From Eledone cirrhosa (taxonomy: Eukaryota), in contig OZ024741.1 in NCBI GenBank assembly GCA_964016885.1, positions 196,974,001 to 197,038,000 on the forward strand: a stretch of 64,000 nucleotides of DNA. Direction: 5' to 3'. The notes below the pieces were generated by a model. That model worked only from the letters and a program-made list of their open reading frames with translations. It searched no databases and had not been told where the DNA came from. The position numbers and the translations under genes were made by a program. Of the stretch, positions 61,811 to 64,000 are shown in pieces. Each line of letters starts with the position of its first letter. The first letter of the stretch is position 1.

Positions 61811-62117
61811 TCAGATGTTGTTTACTCGAGAGAAGGCTACGTTGGTATGGACACGTGATGCGCATGAAAGTCGATAGCTGTATAACAAAGTGCAGGGCAA
61901 TAAAGATAGACGGTAGCCACGGAATAGGCAGACCTAGAAAAACCTGGGACGAGCTGATAAACTCCGACCTCACACACTTACACCTCTCCAAGAGAATGTC
62001 ACTGGACCGAGACCTTTGGCGGTACTCAGTAACAGAAAAGACCCGCCTTACCTAAATACATAGTAAAACCTACTACAGCCAGTAGGCATCTCTAACAAAA
62101 TACACCCCGTCCCACCA
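61811..62117 (+). mobile_element. RTE family A 3' fragment, near-identical inverted copy of 54388-54680
   Basis: [30 protein letters not shown]...EKTRLT*. Confidence 0.92.
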
Positions 62118-62230
62118 TATATATACATATACATATACACATATATATACATATATACATATACATATACATATACACATATACATACATATATATATAC
62201 ATATACATATATATACATATATATATATAC

Positions 62231-62261
<31 letters not shown>

Positions 62262-62387
62262 ACAGAAAAGAGAATCGTTGTTGTGACGAATGGAATTTAT
62301 TGGACATATAATCATTTCCCTGGCGACCAGCTTGATCAATGTGATGATCGAAGCCGATTATATATATATATATATACACAAATATAT

Positions 62388-62591
62388 GGAGGGACATGGC
62401 TTAGTGGATAGAGCATTGGCCTTGCGATCGAAAGGTTGTGTGTTCAATTCTCAGACCGGGTGATGTGTTGTTTCCTTGAGCAAGACACTTTATTTCACAT
62501 TGCTCCAGTTTATTCAGATGTAGAAATGAGATGATAGGGACTGAATATTCCACTGAAAAGTGGTCGTGGAGGTGCCACGGCAAAAAAGCAC
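62388..62591 (+). mobile_element. 3'-truncated tRNA-derived SINE (43496 family)
   Basis: A/B boxes and body. Confidence 0.85.
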
Positions 62592-62887
62592 ATAACCATA
62601 TATATCCACGAAGGAGCTCATAGATAGGACAACACACTGTTTTTCATGGGGGTAAGTTTTTATTAATTTTCGTATTCTGAAAGATCAAAATACAACAAAA
62701 TTTTTGCTCATTGGACTCCGGGGAAATGTTCTGACAAAAGCTGTAGAAGCTACAGAAATATTCCATATATTTTTCCAGAGCAATCTCTATTTAAATTTTA
62801 CATTTTACACTTACTTGTCCTCCATTGCAAAATGGCCATAAATTCAAATTTTGAAAAGCGAAGCGAACAAATTTTAAAATTTCAACC

Positions 62888-63020
62888 CAGCGACTACAAC
62901 AACAGCAACAACACCATTGTCTGCAGCAGCAGCATCAGTGAAATGAACAACAGCAGCAGCAACAACACCACCAACACCATCACTGACACTATCCACCACC
63001 ACCACCACCATCACCAGCAA
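62888..63020. repeat. Degenerate (CAA/CAG/CAC)n trinucleotide repeat
   Basis: Direct inspection. Confidence 0.85.
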
Positions 63021-63209
63021 TCAGGCCTTAAAAACAACTATAATACTAAACAACTATTCTGTTCTTGGCACGGGGCAGCAATTGTCCCAGCGCATTGCTG
63101 GTGCCTTGATTTTGGGCCCGGAGAATGGAGAGCCATTGCTCTTTGCTGTAAAGCAAATAATAATTATTATTATATAAAAACTGAACAGGAAAAGTCAAAA
63201 GTTGACATG

Positions 63210-64000
63210 ATTTTGTATCAGTACTGACGGTAACATGTGTGTGTGTGGGGGGGGGGGGTGTTTGTATGCATGAATGTTGGTGTTGAGTGAGTGTGTGTGT
63301 GTGCCATGAGTGTCAATAAGTGGTGTTTTTTTTTTATGACCATGCTGTAAAATGGAGGGGTAGAGAGGGCCCATGAGTCCAGTAAGACATCCTCCCTAGT
63401 GCTGGTGGCACAAATGAAAGCACCCAGTCCATGCTGTAAAGTGGCACTGGTGTTAGGAAGGGCAGCCAACCAGTGTATCAATACCAAAACGATTATAAGC
63501 ACAGCAACAAGTATATAGGAACAACAAAATATGAAGACGTCGCATCTCAGAGTTGAAACATTTAATGTTGGCACTCTCAGAGGTAGATCTGCTGAAATAG
63601 CGGAGATGCTGGAGAGAAGGCAGGTGGATGTGTGCTGCGTGCAAGAGGTGAGATGGAGAGGTGCCTCTGCGAGACTAGTCGCAGGCAAACATCTTAGCTA
63701 TAAGCTTTTCTGAGTAGGTAAGGATGATGGGTTAGGGGGAGTAGGTATTTTCCTGGCTGAGAGATGGATCAATAAGACAATAGAAGTAGTTCGAGTTAAT
63801 AATCGAATAATTAAGATTAGATTAGTTGTAGGCAGGAGACTACTGACAATCATCTCTGCCTATGCTCCCAAAGCTGGCTTAGGCAAAGAAGAGAAAGACT
63901 GCTTTTACGAGCAACTTTTACAAACAACCGCAATGACAGAGGACGGAGACATCGTTATGCTAGCAGGGGACTTCAATGGTCATGTTGGACAGTTCCAGGA
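63210..64000 (+). mobile_element. RTE family B second copy (5' UTR and APE start), runs off window end
   Basis: Closely matches 29832-30680; premature TGA at 63711-63713. Confidence 0.92.

Noticed and set aside
62720-62780. CTGACAA...tgtag/ctaca...GAAA hammerhead-like string
   Set aside because: Unpaired bases before stem II, G8 lost without compensation, weak stem I.
62832-63227. 131-aa ORF with poly-His/Asn/Ser
   Set aside because: Explained by trinucleotide repeats; no domain or splice evidence.

Overview
Repeat-saturated eukaryotic DNA with no recognisable host gene. It is most likely an octopod/cephalopod genome (inferred from the SINE, RTE and microsatellite content). Roughly half the window is long, degenerate (TA)n/(TACA)n/(CA)n microsatellite, which generates almost all the YI-rich ORFs in the track; these are artefacts. 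The islands between the arrays are retroelements: two Penelope-like elements (a Naiad-type RT+GIY-YIG element inside a near-perfect 2.6 kb inverted repeat, and a Neptune-type GIY-YIG 3' fragment), at least four RTE-clade LINE families (two with a PHD-like finger inside the RT), a Tx1/L1-clade LINE, a CR1-like fragment, tRNA-derived SINEs and probable non-autonomous Helitrons. The main hidden signal is about 16 type I hammerhead ribozyme (HHR) motifs from roughly 7 unrelated sequence families, read by eye. They occur as Penelope pLTR copies; as small fold-back palindromes carrying two outward-facing HHRs (two of these with a compensatory U3-A8 core); as an HHR with a ~116-nt stem II; and as a tandemly duplicated, highly structured ~470-bp non-coding unit with a perfect minimal HHR (retrozyme-like). 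Folds were derived manually and ribozyme activity is untested.
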